Assembly: GCA_042852035.1 (NCBI GenBank)
Contig: BAAFHK010000003.1
Location: 150,001-182,000, forward strand
Length of the DNA stretch: 32,000 nt
Direction of reading: 5' to 3'
From: Candidatus Saccharimonadota bacterium
Lineage (GTDB): Bacteria > Patescibacteriota > Gracilibacteria > BD1-5 > UBA2023
Shown: one piece after another, positions 28,683-32,000 of the stretch
Layout of the letters: the number at the start of each line of letters is the position of its first letter
Numbering within the stretch: position 1 is the stretch's first letter
The notes under the pieces: generated by a model
Database searches by the model: none
What the model was told of the DNA's origin: nothing
What the model saw: the letters and a program-made list of their open reading frames with translations, nothing else
Translations under genes and position numbers: made by a program

Positions 28683-30044
28683 ATGCAATTTAAAGCGGTT
28701 TGTTCAAAGTGAAATCAAAAACTTACCCTTTCACTTTCAGCCTCAAATATTGATGAAGCTCGTTCATTGCTCCATGGACAGGGCTATTCTATAATGGAAA
28801 TTCAGGAAGTAAGTTGAGATGTTCGATCAAATATTAACAATGGTTCAAATTTCTTTTATTTTGATGCTTATATTAATGGTCAGTTAAAGTCCTGAAAAAT
28901 ACAATCACTCGATGTTTTTAAGGCATATAAAAAATTAGTTGATGATCTTGGGTATGATATTTTGTATATCTATACTACAGAATGAATGAATGAGGAACAA
29001 AAGAAGATTATTACAGCAAAAGTAAAAGATGGGTATATCATGTATAAGAAGAGCATGGGGATTAATGTTCAGTCATCGAGTAAGGTAATAAATGAAAAAG
29101 AAGAGCAAATGGCTGAAATTTCCCCCCAAGTTTTACGTGAACTTGAGCACTATAATAACATTATAGATTCAACCATTGAAAAGCTCCAAAACCTTATTCT
29201 TAAATACCATAAAACCATAACTCCTGAAAAAAAGAAGGAGTTCGAAAATATTGAAAATATACTCGTACAATCAAAAGGATCATCGAACCTTTGAAGGATA
29301 AAAATCGTTGTCGAAAATGCTCTTACAACTCTTGGAAGAGTTGAGGCTGATCTTATAAAGTCAGGAGTAGATTCTGAAAAAGGAAAACTTCTTCAAGAAA
29401 CGAATTCTCTCCTTAAGCAAATTGGTTCAAGTGAGCGTATTGAAAGTGGTGCAATAACCGGTAAGGATCTTGTGAAAAATATCACAAACTTTTTAAATTG
29501 ACTTACCAAAAAAGAGGAATCAAAAGTTCAAGAAAAAAAGAAAGTAGATACAAACTCATTTATTTTTTATAAAAATCTCAGAGAACTTAATATTTATAAA
29601 AAAAATCTTAATAAAGTTGTTATTGATATTATCAAGGCTACACTTAGTTTTGATTTTGATCGAGTAAAGCGTTTAAAGTTAAAAAAACGACTTCTTGAGC
29701 AAGACATTCAAATTATTGATAACCGCATACATAATAGAAATATTTCTTATACGAAAATCATAAAATGAACTAAGTACTATACGGATGGCTTTTTAAATAT
29801 TTTACAAAGAATTTGAGATATTCTCCTTTATTGACTTTTTCTTTATACATTCGTTTTTATTGCAATCCAATCACTTGATAGAATTTGAATAGTTTCGTTT
29901 GAGCTTCAGGAAAGGTTTTTTCTCTATATTACAATTATTTCTCTCCTTGCATTTTTTTCTTCATTTTTTCGATCTCTTACTTCCCTTTTTGTTCTTTGAT
30001 CTATTTTTCTGGTTTGTTTTGTATTTTTTTCAGTGAATTTTTAA
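28683..30044 (+). CDS. hypothetical protein: two N-terminal alpha/beta modules, a long coiled coil, and three C-terminal TM helices
   Basis: 453 aa in one frame through several TGA codons. The modules FKAVCSKGNQKLTLSLSASNIDEARSLLHGQGYSIMEIQEV and FFYFDAYINGQLKSGKIQSLDVFKAYKKLVDDLGYDILYIYT resemble the extreme N-terminus of GspF/PilC-type proteins. The TM topology does not match that family. Confidence 0.5.
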
Positions 30045-30047
30045 ATC

Positions 30048-31250
30048 ATGTATGCTCTTATTATCGCCATACATGCGATTTTCATAACGGTTTCACACTT
30101 TCTTTGATATAAGATATTTGAGGGAATCTTTTTTTTACTTTGTGTATTCTTCCTTTTTTACTTTTCCCCCCTTTTTTTTCTCGATGATGATGAAAATAAG
30201 AATTGAAAAAAGTGAAGAAAATCACCTATGGATATTTTAAAACAACTTTCACCAAAAAATTCACTCATTCTTCCAGTTATTTTACTTTATATCGCTATTT
30301 ATGGTTTTCTTTTCTCTCTTTTTCCTCAGGAGGGAAATATTCTTATTTATCATAGTATAATAGTATCTGCGATATATATTATATTTATCTCCTATGCGAT
30401 AGCTTTTTATTGGAAAAATGATATATTTTTTGAACTTTTGCGGTTTCATACACTTTTCACAATTATTAGTTCAATTATTTTTACTCTTTCACTTCTTCTC
30501 CAATCACAAATACCATCTATCCTCCATCCAATTACTGCATTAATGTGAATTATTTCATGAACCTTTTTACTTTCCTATACTCGACAAGAAAATAATATTT
30601 TTCTTTGGAGTTACCTTACTGGTATATTTGCAACGGTAATTCTTACCGCACTTTGGCTTATTCCAGGTATTCGTATTATTGAGATTTGTGCACTTCTTAT
30701 TGCTCTTGCTCTCGTTGTATTTGAATATTTACCAAATCGTCCCATTTTTTATCCTTACTCAGATATATTTCGTTATTTTTCACTTGTAAGTGTTTTGGTT
30801 CTTCTTCTTCCCGTTGTATATATTGCTTTCGATACGGTAGATTCTATTGCCATTATTCTTCTCTCAATAACAGTAATATTTTTTCTTTCCATTCATCGAA
30901 GGTTTACGAATTATATCGTATACATAGTTGCAATTTTAGAAGTATTTTTAGTTTATTCACTTTTATTCTCGGGACTTTTAGTTCACCCTGATATCACTTC
31001 AGTATTTCTATTTCTGTTTTTTCTTCCACTTCTTTTAGTTATTTCGACCTATGTTTGGGAAGAATCACATATCTATGATTTTATTATTCTCCATTACTCC
31101 TCGATAGCATTTAGTATTCTTTATTCGCTATATACGATATTTTTTATGGGATGGGGATCGGATCTTCTCTTTGTTATTTCTCTTTGTGTATTTTGAATAG
31201 CATTACTCTTTTTTCTTTCTTACTTCCGTTTCTGACGCAATAAACACTAA
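30048..31250 (+). CDS. polytopic integral membrane protein (about 10-12 TM), unknown family
   Basis: 400 aa, from ATG 30048 (3 nt after the previous stop) to TAA 31248-31250. ORFs 30228.. and 30795.. lie in the same frame and are joined by TGA. The sequence is almost entirely F/L/I-rich hydrophobic segments. Confidence 0.5.
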
Positions 31251-31260
31251 CCCTTTATTT

Positions 31261-32000
31261 ATGATTTCTATTATTACTCAACTTACAAAAACTGATGCTT
31301 ATAATATTCTCATTGAAATAATCGACAATGAGTCAGTGAATTACTACAGAAACCTTTGATTTTCAAATGATATACTTCAATTTACTCAGGATCACCAAAA
31401 CGATAAAAAAAACAAAGGAAAGACTCTTACATTTCATGGGAATTTTTTTGGCGCGAAGATGCTTACGATTTTTTTTCCAAAAAAACTGAGTTTAAATGAT
31501 GATCGTGCAGATGCTATTCGAAATGCTCATAAAAATACACTTTTTTTACCCACAGAGAGCTTTGAAATGGCATATGAGATACTTACCCTTACAACATACT
31601 CATATGAGCGCTATCTCTCTAAAAAGGATGAAAAATCCTATAGTATTCTTGTTTCAGCAAATGCTAAAAAGCAAATACAAGAAAAGATACCTCTTTTAAA
31701 CGCTATAATCCGAGCTCGAGACATTATTAATCAACCCCCAACCGATACAAGACCAGAGGCTTTTGTTGAATATATATCATCCTATAAATGGAAAAACTTT
31801 ACTCTAAAAATCCTTGATGCAAAGGAATTAAAAAAAATTGGTTGTAATCTGCTTCTTGCTGTCGGTGCTTGAAGTGATTACCCACCATATATGGTTGTTC
31901 TTGAGCGTATTATTGATAAGAAAAAAGATACATATGCCCTTATAGGAAAGGGGGTTACTTTTGATGCTTGATGACTCCAAATAAAACCCGATACAGCCAT
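31261..32000 (+). CDS. pepA: M17 leucyl aminopeptidase (3' end outside window)
   Basis: The product reads ...ARDIINQPPTD...LLLAVGAG(TGA)SDYPPYMVVLE...ALIGKGVTFDAG(TGA)G(TGA)LQIKPD, which is the canonical M17 GKG.TFD.GG...KP block. Confidence 0.85.

Overview
AT-rich bacterial window that only makes sense under translation table 25 (TGA = Gly). That code points to a Gracilibacteria/Absconditabacteria (SR1)-type Candidate Phyla Radiation genome. The supplied standard-code ORF track splits almost every gene into same-frame fragments. Re-read with TGA = Gly, the window is densely coding. All coordinates below include the stop codon.

Gene content, left to right:
- Two unknown membrane/coiled-coil proteins.
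- A minus-strand run of sufD-like, [2Fe-2S] ferredoxin-like, ispH and era.
- A plus-strand T4SS-like module: VirD4/TraD-like ATPase, a polypeptide with three tandem pilin-like hairpins, a second VirD4/TraD-like ATPase, and a secreted Cys-rich protein.
- rpmE, then tRNA-Thr, tRNA-Tyr and tRNA-Leu.
- rlmH.
- An 854-bp non-coding gap holding a GC-rich structured island and GTATCTGTA repeats.
- rsmE, a hypothetical protein, sufB and sufC.
- A 962-aa SLH-domain S-layer-type protein that contains no TGA at all.
- rny, lgt and a short-form comEC.
- A hypothetical protein, glyA and an S41 C-terminal peptidase.
- A three-gene membrane cassette of unknown function.
- The start of an M17 leucyl aminopeptidase.

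No CRISPR array, rRNA, transposase or integrase was seen. The most interesting region is 4.6-11.7 kb, a pared-down T4SS-like/pilus module. It has duplicated coupling-protein-like ATPases that carry an uncharacterised N-terminal domain, and a triple-fused pilin. The unclassified structured RNA candidate at about 12.9-13.2 kb comes next.
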